A DNA stretch of 64,000 bases from positions 128,001 to 192,000 of the forward strand of contig JACOWZ010000003.1 of NCBI GenBank assembly GCA_016176525.1, given 5' to 3'. This DNA is from Candidatus Colwellbacteria bacterium (lineage in GTDB: Bacteria; Patescibacteriota; Minisyncoccia; UBA6257; Colwellbacteraceae). Within the stretch, counting starts at the first letter, position 1; each line of letters begins with the position of its first letter. Below the pieces are notes generated by a model. That model did not search any database and was not told where the DNA came from. It was given only the letters and a program-made list of their open reading frames with translations. Below are positions 34,501 through 44,540 of the stretch, in pieces. The position numbers were made by a program, and so were the translations under genes.

Positions 34501-35384
34501 TCGTGTTCTGATTTAATTTTACCGCCTAATGTGCGCAGTTCTTTCAGCGCCAACTTTGCCTGCTCGGCTTTCGGCGGCTCGCCAGGCATATCACTTGCTC
34601 CTGGCGGCGTGCCATGCCATTTAAAATCATTTTCCATAAAGCTAACGCCTTTGCCCGGAATAGTATGCGCTATTATCACTGTAGGCTTTTCGTAAATTGC
34701 TTTAGCTTCGTTTACTGCATCAACAATTGCTTGCATGTTGTGGCCATCAATCTCTAGTACATGCCATCCGAAAGATTCATATTTATCGCGCAGAGACTCC
34801 AAAGGCATAACGTTTTCTGTAAAACCATCTATCTGAATATTATTGCGGTCTATTACCGCAGTAAGATTATTCAGTTTGTTGTTCGCTATAAACATTGCGG
34901 ATTCCCAAGTATTGCCGGCATCGTGTTCGCCATCCGACATAAAACAATAGGTTCTATACTTTTTCCCGTCCATCTTCGCAGCAAGGGCAACGCCGGCGGC
35001 TTGCCCTAATCCAGAACCCAAAGGGCCAGAAGTGGTTTCCACACCCGGCAAAGCTGTGCGGTGCGGATGCCCCTGTAGACGAGAGTTGATTTTGCGCAAA
35101 GTCATCAATTCTTTTTTCGGGAAATAGCCGGCCTCTGCCATTGTTACATAGCGCACGGGGCAAATATGGCCGTTGGAGAGAATTAACCTGTCTCTATCTT
35201 CCCAATTAGGGTTCTTAGGGTCATGGTTAAGTATATGGAAATAAAAAGCAGTAAAAATATCTGCCATGCCTAAAGGGCCGGCAGTATGGCCGCTTTTTGC
35301 CTCAACCAGCACCTCAATAATAGTTTTGCGAATCTTATTCGCCGTTTCTTCCAAAAACCTTATTTTAGATTCGTGTAAGTTCAT
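34497..35384 (-). CDS. Transketolase N-terminal subunit
   Basis: SGH, DRLILSNGH, LQGHP, SDGE TPP motif; start placed at ATG 35384. Confidence 0.92.
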   Translation of the reverse strand: MNLHESKIRFLEETANKIRKTIIEVLVEAKSGHTAGPLGMADIFTAFYFHILNHDPKNPNWEDRDRLILSNGHICPVRYVTMAEAGYFPKKELMTLRKINSRLQGHPHRTALPGVETTSGPLGSGLGQAAGVALAAKMDGKKYRTYCFMSDGEHDAGNTWESAMFIANNKLNNLTAVIDRNNIQIDGFTENVMPLESLRDKYESFGWHVLEIDGHNMQAIVDAVNEAKAIYEKPTVIIAHTIPGKGVSFMENDFKWHGTPPGASDMPGEPPKAEQAKLALKELRTLGGKIKSEHE

Positions 35385-36009
35385 TATATGCTCTTTGTGG
35401 ACTCCTACTTTTAAATATGTAAGATGCCGAGACCGCGATATCTGCGCCGGCGTCTTTCGCGAGTTTTGCAACTTCCGGCTCTACACCACCATCAACTTCA
35501 ATTTTAACATGTCTTTGCTCCCCACGTAAGAATTTAATTTTTTTAAGTGCAGATACATCAAACTTTTGGCCCGCAAAACCGGGCTCAACCGCCAAAAACT
35601 GGAAAGAGTCAAAAATACCAAAATATTTCTTTAGCCACTCTGCCGGAGTACGCACGCCGCAAGCGAGCATTGCCTCAACCCCATGTTTTTTACAAAGCGC
35701 GGCCACACGGACAGGGTCGCGCAAAGATTCTATATGGAATATAAGCCTCTTCGCGCCAGATTTGAGCCAGCTTTTAAGCACGACTTCTGGGTGCGCGACC
35801 ATAAGATGAATTTCAAAATTGATATGGCTGTACTTGTGAGTGAGTTCTATAACTTCACCTGGGCTGCCCCAAGTCACAACATTTGCAAACTCACCATCTA
35901 CAACATCAATATGCACCCAGCCCGACGCGCTAAAAAAACTGTCTGCTTTTTTTATTTGCTTTAATGCAGAGTCTCTATCTTTGCAGTTTATTGCAGGTAT
36001 AACCAACAT
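35365..36009 (-). CDS. rpe: Ribulose-phosphate 3-epimerase
   Basis: HIDVVDG, EIHLM, PGFAGQKF, EVDGG. Confidence 0.93.
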   Translation of the reverse strand: MLVIPAINCKDRDSALKQIKKADSFFSASGWVHIDVVDGEFANVVTWGSPGEVIELTHKYSHINFEIHLMVAHPEVVLKSWLKSGAKRLIFHIESLRDPVRVAALCKKHGVEAMLACGVRTPAEWLKKYFGIFDSFQFLAVEPGFAGQKFDVSALKKIKFLRGEQRHVKIEVDGGVEPEVAKLAKDAGADIAVSASYIFKSRSPQRAYNELTRI

Positions 36010-36017
36010 AAATCTGA

Positions 36018-36656
36018 TTATACCATTCGCAGAAGCCGATTTAACAGAAAATCACTAAACAAAAATATGCCCAAAATTCCGAAAATCACTTTGCTAAAAT
36101 GCCATATTGGCAAAATTGATACAACCCATAATAACTCTATAGAAATTAGAGCAGTTGCCGCAGGCAAGATCTTGTTTTTTTCATTGCCTAAAATCCAGAA
36201 AAATTCTTTTGATAAGAAAAACACAGCTATAAACAAACCTATTTGTGCAAATATGCTAGAACCTAAACGAATATAAAAATAAAGTGCGCTAAGCGAGCCA
36301 ATGCCGGCGGCATATACAATATAATACAAAACATCTCGCCTTAAAAAGACCAGGTTTTTTACTCCCACTAATAGAGAAAACGCTGCTGCATAAAATACGG
36401 CTATAAAGCCCGATACAAAGCCAGAAATAAACTTTGGGAATAGGATTAGTGAGATAGTAAGCACAAAAAAAGAAGTCAGAAATTTTTGCAAATCCATCGG
36501 GGGCCTAAAATAGAACCACAAAAGCGCACCGGCAAGGAATATCATCCAAAAACCTGATTCCAGACGAGTGTAATATATAATTAAGGCTAGTGTTAGCGCT
36601 TTAAGCGCCAACCTTAACTCCTGATTTTTCCAGACTAATTTTAACTTTTCCGCCAT
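36018..36656 (-). CDS. Hypothetical polytopic membrane protein
   Basis: Highly hydrophobic; lies between clpB and rpe on the same strand. Confidence 0.65.
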   Translation of the reverse strand: MAEKLKLVWKNQELRLALKALTLALIIYYTRLESGFWMIFLAGALLWFYFRPPMDLQKFLTSFFVLTISLILFPKFISGFVSGFIAVFYAAAFSLLVGVKNLVFLRRDVLYYIVYAAGIGSLSALYFYIRLGSSIFAQIGLFIAVFFLSKEFFWILGNEKNKILPAATALISIELLWVVSILPIWHFSKVIFGILGIFLFSDFLLNRLLRMV

Positions 36657-39237
36657 TCTTTATGTCGCCGCTTATTAGCTTGTCTGCTAATTTGTCCAAA
36701 ATAACTTTTTGTATAATGCGCTTAAGCGGCCTTGCGCCATACTCGGGGCTAAACCCATGTTCAATTATATGTTTGCGAACAGACGGGTCTATTTGAAGCT
36801 TTAGATTTTTATTTTTCAGCATTTCAAGGAGCTTCTCAAGCTGAATATCTACAATAGCTTCTATATTTTTGCGCGAGAGCGTGTTGAAAACAATAACATC
36901 ATCAATCCTGTTTAAAAACTCCGGACGGAAATGGTCTTTTAATTCGCTCATAACGCGGGATTTATAATCTTCTGACGTCGCTTCTGTAGATGTTTTATCC
37001 TCTCCGCTAAAACCGAGTTTAGACATTTCTCTTAAGTGTTCGCTGCCCACATTAGAAGTCATAACTATAATTGTATTTTTAAAGTTAACTACCCTGCCTT
37101 TGCCGTCTGTTAACCTGCCGTTGTCTAGCACCTGCAAAAGCACATTAAACACCTCTGGATGGGCTTTCTCAATTTCGTCAAAAAGGATAAGGCTATACGG
37201 CTTGTGGCGCACAATCTCTGTTAGCTGACCGCCTTCTTCGTGCCCAACATAGCCTGGGGGCGAGCCGATAAGCCTAGAAACTGCGTGCTTCTCCATATAC
37301 TCAGACATATCAATGCGGACTAAGAATTTTTCGTCGTTAAACATAAACTCCGCAAGCGCGCGCACAAGCTCCGTTTTGCCGACGCCGGTGGGGCCCAAGA
37401 ACATAAAAGATGCAATGGGCTTATCTTCTGGAGAAAGGCCGGTGCGCGCTCTGCGCAGTGCGCTTGATACCGTCGTTATCGCCTCCTCTTGGCCTACAAC
37501 GCGCCCGCCTAAAACTTTTTCAATTCTTTTTAGCTTGTCCGCTTCGGATTCTAAGATTCTCTGCACAGGAATGCCCGTCCAGCGCGCGATAACAGATGCG
37601 ATGTCTTCCACATCAACTTCTTCTTTTAGAAACTTCCCCTTAGACCCTTTTGGAGAAGTAAAGTATTTTTTCTCATAAGCGTCGTATTCCCTCTGGGCCT
37701 CCGGCAATTCGCCATAAATTATCTTGGCAACGCGCTCAAGCTGGCCTTCGCGCTCGGCAACTTCTTTCTCTCTTTTTAGAGATTCAAGGCGGCCGCGCAA
37801 TGCGTTTAATTTTTCAAAAACCATTTTTTCCGCTTTCCAATCGCCTGAAAGCTCGTCGTTCTTGTTTTTTAACATCTCAATGTTTTTCTCAAGCTCTTGC
37901 AAACGCTTAGTGTTGGACGCAGACTTTCTGGTTTTGCTCTCTAGCGCCGCGCGCTCAATCTCAAGGTTTGTAATTTCTCTGCGAGTTTTATCAATCTCTG
38001 CCGGCAAGCTTTCTGTATCAATTTTTCTGGCTGATGCCGCCTCGTCAACTACATCTACCGCCTTGTCGGGCAAAAATCTGTCTGTTATATAACGCGCAGA
38101 CAAATTAACCGCTGCAGTTAGCGCCTCGTCTGAAATACGCAAACCGTGATGAAGCTCATATTTTTCTTTTAAGCCGCGCAGAATTGTTACAGTGTCTCTT
38201 ATAGAAGGCTCTTCAACCATAACAGGTTGAAACCTGCGTTCCAAGGCCGCGTCACGTTCTATGTGGCGGTTGTACTCTTTTATTGTGGTTGCTCCAACAG
38301 CATGTAGTTCGCCGCGGGCAAGGGCTGGCTTTAAAAGATTAGAGGCATCCACCGCGCCTTCTGCGGCGCCAGCGCCCACAATCATGTGTATTTCGTCTAT
38401 AAACAATATTATCCGCCCCGAAGAATTCTGCACTTCTTTTATAAAAGCTTTAAGTCTGTCTTCAAACTCACCGCGGAATTTCGTGCCGGCTATAAGCGAA
38501 CCTAAATCTAGCGCAATAATTTCTTTGCCTTTTAATATCTCTGGAACATCATTGGATATAATCCTTTGCGCGAGCCCCTCAACAATCGCAGTTTTACCAA
38601 CTCCAGGTTCACCGATTAAAACCGGGTTGTTCTTGGTTCTCCGCGACAAAATCTGGATTACTCTTCTCAACTCTTCTTCACGGCCAACCAAAGGATCTAG
38701 CTTACCCTCTTTTGCACGAGTCGTTAGGTTTATGCCGTATTTCTCTAAAACCTGGAATTTGCTTTCAGGAGTCTCGTCTGTTACGCGCGCACCACCGCGC
38801 AGGCCAGAGAGCGTAGAAAAAGCTATATCTTTTTTAACTCCAAAACTTTCTAATATTTCTTTTGCGGAAGAATCCACTTCTAAAATTCCCAAAAGAAGGT
38901 GTTCGCATGATATAAACTCGTCTTTGTTGGCAAGCGCAGTTTTTGCAGCTCTGTCTAAAACGCGCAGCACTTCGTGCGACAAATAAAGCTGGCCGGTTGA
39001 AGAAGTTGAAAATACCTTTGGTAGTTTCTTTAAATGCAAGTTTATCTCTTTATCTAATTCTTCTAAATTAACTCCGAGTTTCACAATAACCGGCCGCACA
39101 AGCGAATCTGCATCTGCAATTAAGGCAGACAAAAGATGCAAGGTTTTAAACTCGCCATGACCCTGCGCACCGGCCAAATCTTGTGCGTTCTGGAGTGCCT
39201 CCTGCGCCTTTATTGTAAAACGATTAAAGTGGTTCAT
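36601..39237 (-). CDS. clpB: ClpB chaperone
   Basis: Two AAA+ modules ([16 protein letters not shown]) and a long middle coiled coil. Confidence 0.92.
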   Translation of the reverse strand: MNHFNRFTIKAQEALQNAQDLAGAQGHGEFKTLHLLSALIADADSLVRPVIVKLGVNLEELDKEINLHLKKLPKVFSTSSTGQLYLSHEVLRVLDRAAKTALANKDEFISCEHLLLGILEVDSSAKEILESFGVKKDIAFSTLSGLRGGARVTDETPESKFQVLEKYGINLTTRAKEGKLDPLVGREEELRRVIQILSRRTKNNPVLIGEPGVGKTAIVEGLAQRIISNDVPEILKGKEIIALDLGSLIAGTKFRGEFEDRLKAFIKEVQNSSGRIILFIDEIHMIVGAGAAEGAVDASNLLKPALARGELHAVGATTIKEYNRHIERDAALERRFQPVMVEEPSIRDTVTILRGLKEKYELHHGLRISDEALTAAVNLSARYITDRFLPDKAVDVVDEAASARKIDTESLPAEIDKTRREITNLEIERAALESKTRKSASNTKRLQELEKNIEMLKNKNDELSGDWKAEKMVFEKLNALRGRLESLKREKEVAEREGQLERVAKIIYGELPEAQREYDAYEKKYFTSPKGSKGKFLKEEVDVEDIASVIARWTGIPVQRILESEADKLKRIEKVLGGRVVGQEEAITTVSSALRRARTGLSPEDKPIASFMFLGPTGVGKTELVRALAEFMFNDEKFLVRIDMSEYMEKHAVSRLIGSPPGYVGHEEGGQLTEIVRHKPYSLILFDEIEKAHPEVFNVLLQVLDNGRLTDGKGRVVNFKNTIIVMTSNVGSEHLREMSKLGFSGEDKTSTEATSEDYKSRVMSELKDHFRPEFLNRIDDVIVFNTLSRKNIEAIVDIQLEKLLEMLKNKNLKLQIDPSVRKHIIEHGFSPEYGARPLKRIIQKVILDKLADKLISGDIKNGGKVKISLEKSGVKVGA

Positions 39238-39251
39238 CTTTCACTTATAGA

Positions 39252-40385
39252 CTACTCTGATTCCGGCCTTTCTTCAAGAGTTGCGCTTATAAACAAAACC
39301 TGTTCGTCTCTCTGTACTTTTAGAGAAACTCTGTCTCCAACGTTATATTTCTGTATAACAAACGCAAGGCTTCTATTCTCGCTAAGGCGCTCTCCACCCA
39401 TTTCTAATATTATGTCTCCGTCTTTAAGGCCCGCCCGCTCTGCCGGAGAATCCGGAACAATACCAGGGCTATCGCCGCTTACAATCTCTGCGCCGTCTTC
39501 TGTCATTTGATACCTAACCCCTAGGTAGGGCACAGAAATAGTGCCGGTTCGCCGGACAGACTCTATGGCGCGCTTTGCATGATTTATAGGTATTGCAAAG
39601 CCAACATTTTGTGCATCCAAAGCCACTGCGGTATTTATGCCTATTACTTCTCCTTTAAGGTTTAAAAGCGGCCCGCCGGAATTGCCCGGGTTAATTGCCG
39701 AATCTGTTTGTATTAAATCTTCAATAAATTCGCTACCGCCATTGCCGGAAGCCGTAATATTTCTTGAAAGACCCGAAACAACGCCAACAGAAACCGTATT
39801 TCTAAACTCACCTAAGGCATTGCCTATAGCAATAGAGGTTTGCCCTAAGCGGATAGTAGAGGAATCGCCTAATTTAGCTGGTTTTAAATCTTTAGGAGGC
39901 TCAATAAACTTTAAAACAGCTATATCTAAAACAGGATGCTTAGCAAGAACCTGCGCCTCGTATTTTTTACCATCGTTTGTAAGCACGGTGTACTCGGCTT
40001 TAACGTCGGCAACCACATGTTTATTTGTAACTACAAGCCCGTCGGGAGAAACCACGAATCCGCTCCCGCCTCCAACCTCGCGCTTTTCGGTGCCTTTCTC
40101 ACAAGGCACAAAGAAGTTAAAGCCTGGCGCCGGGCTATACGGGCATCGTTCGATAACCGGCAAATCTTTAGAAACTATAACAGAAACAACACTATTCTCC
40201 GCAGACTCAACTGCGCTGATTACAGTTTTTTCATAATCTTCTGTAGAGAGATATACAATCTCCTCACCAGACTCTTGCAGTTGGTTTTCTGGAACAATAC
40301 TTTTAAGCCCAACAACACCGACAAATGCAATAGAAAGCAAAAGTATTCCACCCAATAAAGTAAATACTGAAAGTTTAGCCCTCAT
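39252..40385 (-). CDS. htrA: HtrA/DegP serine protease with PDZ domain
   Basis: TNKHV, LDIAV, GNSGGPL; C-terminal PDZ. Confidence 0.92.
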   Translation of the reverse strand: MRAKLSVFTLLGGILLLSIAFVGVVGLKSIVPENQLQESGEEIVYLSTEDYEKTVISAVESAENSVVSVIVSKDLPVIERCPYSPAPGFNFFVPCEKGTEKREVGGGSGFVVSPDGLVVTNKHVVADVKAEYTVLTNDGKKYEAQVLAKHPVLDIAVLKFIEPPKDLKPAKLGDSSTIRLGQTSIAIGNALGEFRNTVSVGVVSGLSRNITASGNGGSEFIEDLIQTDSAINPGNSGGPLLNLKGEVIGINTAVALDAQNVGFAIPINHAKRAIESVRRTGTISVPYLGVRYQMTEDGAEIVSGDSPGIVPDSPAERAGLKDGDIILEMGGERLSENRSLAFVIQKYNVGDRVSLKVQRDEQVLFISATLEERPESE

Positions 40386-40393
40386 CTTGATGA

Positions 40394-41611
40394 CTATTTT
40401 AAAACCTCGGTTAGAATAGTCAATACTTTATCTAACTCCTTTTTAGTAGTAAGCCTACCTAACGTTATACGCAAACTACTTTTTGCCCTTGCGTTTGGAT
40501 AACCCAATGCATTTAGAACATAAGAAGGCTCTAATGAGCGCGCTGTGCAAGCAGAACCAGCAGAAACTGCAACACCCGCAAGGTCTAGTTTTATAATCAA
40601 CTGCTCTGCGGCAAACCCATTAAAGTAGATGTTGAGATTATTAGGTAATCGATTTTTAGCATCTCCGTTTAGTTCAATTTTTGGATAAGTTTTTCTAAGG
40701 CGACCAAAAAAATAGTCGCGCAAGGCCTGCACTCTTTTAGCTTCCTTATTTCTATTTTGAGCCGCAATTTCTACAGCACTCGCAAACCCTACAATTGCCG
40801 GAACGTTTTCTGTGCCAGAACGCATGCCAAATTCTTGACCGCCACCAGTAAGAATAGTTTTAAGTTCTAAGTTTCTAGTATTTAGATCGCCTTGGCCGCG
40901 AATATATAATGCGCCGGCACCCTTGGGCCCATATATTTTGTGGGAAGATATAGTCATCAAATCCACACCGAGTTTATCTACATTGCAGTCTAAGTATTGA
41001 AAAGCCTGCGTCGCATCCGTGTGTAACAACGGATAGCTCGCGGTGTTATGATTAATCATAACACCGCTTAGCTTGTTAGTGTCTTTGGAATTTCTAATAA
41101 TTTTTGCGATCTTAGGGATATCTTGAATAACACCGATTTCGTTATTCGCATAGATTATAGAGACCAAAACTGTGTTTTTTGTTAAAGATTTCTCCAGTTT
41201 CTTTAAATCAATCAAGCCGTTTTTATCAACTGGAATATAGATTACTTCAACGCCTTGCTTCTCTAGATCTTTTGCAGTTTCTAAAATTGATTCGTGCTCA
41301 ATAGCAGAAACAACTATTCTAGGCACAAGTTTTAAGTTTTTAGTTTTCAGTTGAGATGCAACTCCTCTTAAAGCTAGATTGTTCGCTTCCGTTGCACTAC
41401 TCGTAAAAACTATCTCATCAAACTTTGCGCCGATTGCCTTTGCTATAGTTTCGCGGCTCTTATCAACCGCGGCAATTGCCTCCTGCCCAAAAGAGTGTAT
41501 TGAGCCCGGGTTACCGAATTTTTCCGCAAAATACGGCTGCATAGCCTTGAGAACTCGCGAGTCAACGGGAGTAGTGGAGGCGTAATCCAAATATATTCGC
41601 TTATCGCTCAT
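40394..41611 (-). CDS. iscS: Cysteine desulfurase (IscS/NifS)
   Basis: YLDYASTTP, SSHKIYGPKG, SAGSAC; start placed at ATG 41611. Confidence 0.92.
   Translation of the reverse strand: MSDKRIYLDYASTTPVDSRVLKAMQPYFAEKFGNPGSIHSFGQEAIAAVDKSRETIAKAIGAKFDEIVFTSSATEANNLALRGVASQLKTKNLKLVPRIVVSAIEHESILETAKDLEKQGVEVIYIPVDKNGLIDLKKLEKSLTKNTVLVSIIYANNEIGVIQDIPKIAKIIRNSKDTNKLSGVMINHNTASYPLLHTDATQAFQYLDCNVDKLGVDLMTISSHKIYGPKGAGALYIRGQGDLNTRNLELKTILTGGGQEFGMRSGTENVPAIVGFASAVEIAAQNRNKEAKRVQALRDYFFGRLRKTYPKIELNGDAKNRLPNNLNIYFNGFAAEQLIIKLDLAGVAVSAGSACTARSLEPSYVLNALGYPNARAKSSLRITLGRLTTKKELDKVLTILTEVLK
41040..41067. repeat. Perfect 28-bp in-frame palindrome inside iscS
   Basis: GCGGTGTTATGATT/AATCATAACACCGC. 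Confidence 0.88.
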
Positions 41612-41749
41612 AATTTTTAATTTAGAATTTTCAATTTTCAATAAATGTATCAATTTTTAATTACTAAAACAAATAGAATAAAAAAGACCCAGCAGAACGA
41701 ATCTTGCGGGGGGAGTAGTTTTTGAAGAACTGCTCAAATCAGGCTTGAA

Positions 41750-42337
41750 TTAGAATAACGTGCCGTTTTTTATTTCGGCTGGCGCTATAGCGCTTAAATC
41801 TGGAAATTCAAATTCTACTTTCTTTAAGTTGCCGCCCCAGCGCTCTGGCACTATTAAATAACCTTGGCGCTCGGCCAGGTCATACAAATCTTTTGTAACT
41901 TTTACGTCTTGCAAACAATATTTCTCTAGTGCTTCCCAGTCGCCCATCGCGTAATATTTGATGGCATCTAGGCCATGGCCGGTTTTGCCGAACCCTAGAT
42001 TCGTGCGCGCCAGAATATCTAAAGACACGCGCTTGCCTGTAGTCCGCTCTATTTCTTCTAAAATATCAAAACTAGGTAAACTCATTACATCAAAATTAAA
42101 ATGTTTTTTAAGCACCGGCAGGTCAAACCTGTTGCTTGAAAAGCCGATTATAAGCCCGGCGTTTTTGAATTGGTCTGCCAGAGACTCAATATTCCCCTCA
42201 CGTATGGCAAAAAATCTGTCGCTGTTGTAAGAATAAACACCGACTAAAGAAACAGAAAGTTTTTCTAAATTATGCTTGCCGCCAACATCATCAAAAGTGT
42301 TAGACGTTTCTATATCTATTACCAACTTATCTTTCAT
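41750..42337 (-). CDS. RNase H-like (DEDD/YprB-type) exonuclease domain protein
   Basis: IDIET, FDLP, SLD, YCLQDV. Confidence 0.8.
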   Translation of the reverse strand: MKDKLVIDIETSNTFDDVGGKHNLEKLSVSLVGVYSYNSDRFFAIREGNIESLADQFKNAGLIIGFSSNRFDLPVLKKHFNFDVMSLPSFDILEEIERTTGKRVSLDILARTNLGFGKTGHGLDAIKYYAMGDWEALEKYCLQDVKVTKDLYDLAERQGYLIVPERWGGNLKKVEFEFPDLSAIAPAEIKNGTLF

Positions 42338-42388
42338 AGTAATTATTTATAACAGATCAAAGTCGCTCGGGCAATATATCTTAAACTC

Positions 42389-42548
42389 ACCAAACCCACA
42401 GTATCTCGCGGCACCGCGATAAATCTGCTCCAGCGGCAGATTTTCGCTTCTACTCGGCCAGTGGTCTCCGTAGGACCTTACGGCCTATATAACGGAGTAC
42501 CAAGCTCCACTGGCCTCCGTAAATGCCGCTCGACACAATGGGTTTGGT
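42389..42548 (-). ncRNA. Rod-shaped RNA with central bubble, 6S RNA candidate
   Basis: Closing stem ACCAAACCCA/TGGGTTTGGT; inner GGCCAGTGG/CCACTGGCC and CTCCGT/ACGGAG; apical GTAA loop on the minus strand. Confidence 0.45.
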
Positions 42549-42566
42549 TCGTGGAAAGTTAATGAA

Positions 42567-42676
42567 GCCGCCCAGCTATGCTCGTAAAGTCATCTTCGGA
42601 GCGCGACGGCGCGAGAAAAAGGCGAAAATTCAGTAAGAATTTTATGCCGGTGACTTGTAGAGTATGGGTGGGTGGC
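42567..42676. repeat. ~110-bp element with imperfect terminal inverted repeats (REP/MITE-like)
   Basis: GCCGCCCA..TATGCTC..AAGTCATC pairs with GGTGACTT..GAGTATG..TGGGTGGC. Confidence 0.5.
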
Positions 42677-42688
42677 GAATAAATATAT

Positions 42689-43165
42689 CTAGACGTGCCT
42701 GTCGGCAACTGAAGTTGCTGCGTAGCTTTCTGGTTTTGTGCGCACTTCGTAATTTAGCGAACGGATCATGCCGGTAAGCTCTTGAATCATAGCGCGAGTT
42801 TCACCGTGCTCGCCAATATCTACGTGTATCTCAAAGCTAAAATTAGGAGGGTCTAGTTCTTTTATCGCAGCTAAGGTTTCTTTTGCAACATCAAGCGACA
42901 TTATAACTTCTTTTATTATTCTGTCGCGCAAAGTATGAAAATTTTTTAACTCTGTTCTCCGCCAAAAATAACGCGCCCCGTTGCCAACGCGGTGCACAAC
43001 AATAGCGGTTATAAAATCCGCTTTGCTTTTTTCATATAAAGCGGAGTCTGTGCCGATGGTAACGCGGTACTCGCGGTTTTTGTCTTCGGACATAAAATCA
43101 ACTGTGGCTTTAGCCACGGCGCTTATATCAAACTTCATTCCATATGGGCCGTTAAAACTAGACAT
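42689..43165 (-). CDS. RNase H-like YkuK (DUF458) family protein
   Basis: IGTDS, TAIVVHR, EIHVDIG, KPESYAA...AD. Confidence 0.85.
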   Translation of the reverse strand: MSSFNGPYGMKFDISAVAKATVDFMSEDKNREYRVTIGTDSALYEKSKADFITAIVVHRVGNGARYFWRRTELKNFHTLRDRIIKEVIMSLDVAKETLAAIKELDPPNFSFEIHVDIGEHGETRAMIQELTGMIRSLNYEVRTKPESYAATSVADRHV

Positions 43166-43179
43166 AACTTAAAATTACT

Positions 43180-44103
43180 CTATTTAAACCGCTTTATCAA
43201 GATAATTAGATTTTTCCTAAGTGCAGAGAGTGTTTTTTTGTCTTTAGCCTCGGCGGTAATCCTTATTACAGACTCGGTTTTAGACAAACGAACGTTAAAC
43301 CAATACCCCGGCTCACGTACAGTAATCCCATCCGCCGTTGAAACTTTTTTCCCGCTTCGGCGAAAGTGTTCTATAAGCTTTTTTACAACTACCCCCCTGT
43401 CTTTTGCATTAACTTCACCCCTAAACCTAAAATAGAGTGTTCTAAACTTATTAGCCCACTTTGCGGGCGTTAGACCCCTCTTTTTTATTTCAGAAAAAGC
43501 GTTAATTACAAAAACGGCGGAAAGTATTCCAGAATTTAGATAGATATATTTAGGCTTGCCGCGCAATCTAGGGCACTTTAAATGGAAGTAATAGTGGCCG
43601 GATCTCTCGGATCCATAGGAGGCCCCGCGGGCACGCATTACTCCCACAATATAATAAGGCCCTGGTTTGGAGGCGAATACTTTAATGTCTTTACTAAAAG
43701 CCTTACGCACAACATCGCTAGTGGAGGTGTCTATTACAACCTTTTTTGGTTTTAAATAATTTATAAGAAGGCGGCTTATTATGTCTTGGTCTATAAGCCT
43801 GCCTAAATTATCAACAAAAAGCGCCCTATCGCCATCTCCATCGAAGATGACGCCCAAATCAGCTTTTTGTTTTAAAACTGTTTTTTTAAGCTGTGTTGTA
43901 GAGCCATGGTCCAGAGGGTTGGGGCCGTGTGCCGGAAACCGCCCATCCGGCTTGTCATTTAAAAACTTTAATTCCAGCGCTCTGTGCTTAAAAGCGCCTT
44001 TTGCAAACTCCCCCGTGCTGCCGTTTGAATTGTCTACCACAACCTTAAGCGGTTCCGAAACATCCAAAAAACTGTTTAAAAATTCCGCGTAAACAGATTT
44101 CAT
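43180..44103 (-). CDS. Phosphomannomutase/phosphoglucomutase, C-terminal part (domains II-IV)
   Basis: DGRFP, FDGDGDR metal loop, SERSGH, VRLSKTE. Confidence 0.8.
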   Translation of the reverse strand: MKSVYAEFLNSFLDVSEPLKVVVDNSNGSTGEFAKGAFKHRALELKFLNDKPDGRFPAHGPNPLDHGSTTQLKKTVLKQKADLGVIFDGDGDRALFVDNLGRLIDQDIISRLLINYLKPKKVVIDTSTSDVVRKAFSKDIKVFASKPGPYYIVGVMRARGASYGSERSGHYYFHLKCPRLRGKPKYIYLNSGILSAVFVINAFSEIKKRGLTPAKWANKFRTLYFRFRGEVNAKDRGVVVKKLIEHFRRSGKKVSTADGITVREPGYWFNVRLSKTESVIRITAEAKDKKTLSALRKNLIILIKRFK

Positions 44104-44519
44104 TTTAATTGATGCAATGCCTTCAATATTTGCTTGCCGCTTATTGGGTTATTGTCGGCACCCACTACTTTAATGCCGTTGTAATCTTTAGGGCTGTGTG
44201 ATGCAGTTATTGCAACACCTAAATCCGCTCCAAAATAATTGGCTAAGAAATACATCATAGGTGTGGTTATTAAACCTGCAGATATTATGCGTACACGCTT
44301 GCCAAGGGTATGCTCTAAACCCTTTATAAACGAGTGGTAAAGCGCAGGCGAGCTAACCCGAGCATCGTGCCCTACTAAAATAAACGGGCGCGCAGAACCA
44401 GCGATTTTTTTGGCTAAAACTTCTGCAACTAAATGAGCAGTTTTTACATTTAACTCATCTGGGTAGCGGCCGCGGATGTCATAAGCCCTAAATATTGACT
44501 CGTCTATTTGCAAATTCAT
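44100..44519 (-). CDS. Phosphomannomutase/phosphoglucomutase, N-terminal part (domain I)
   Basis: FRAYDIRG, GHDAR, TTP, ITASHSP..YNGIK; start placed at ATG 44519. Confidence 0.82.
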   Translation of the reverse strand: MNLQIDESIFRAYDIRGRYPDELNVKTAHLVAEVLAKKIAGSARPFILVGHDARVSSPALYHSFIKGLEHTLGKRVRIISAGLITTPMMYFLANYFGADLGVAITASHSPKDYNGIKVVGADNNPISGKQILKALHQLK

Positions 44520-44540
44520 GTGATAAGATATTACAAGATA

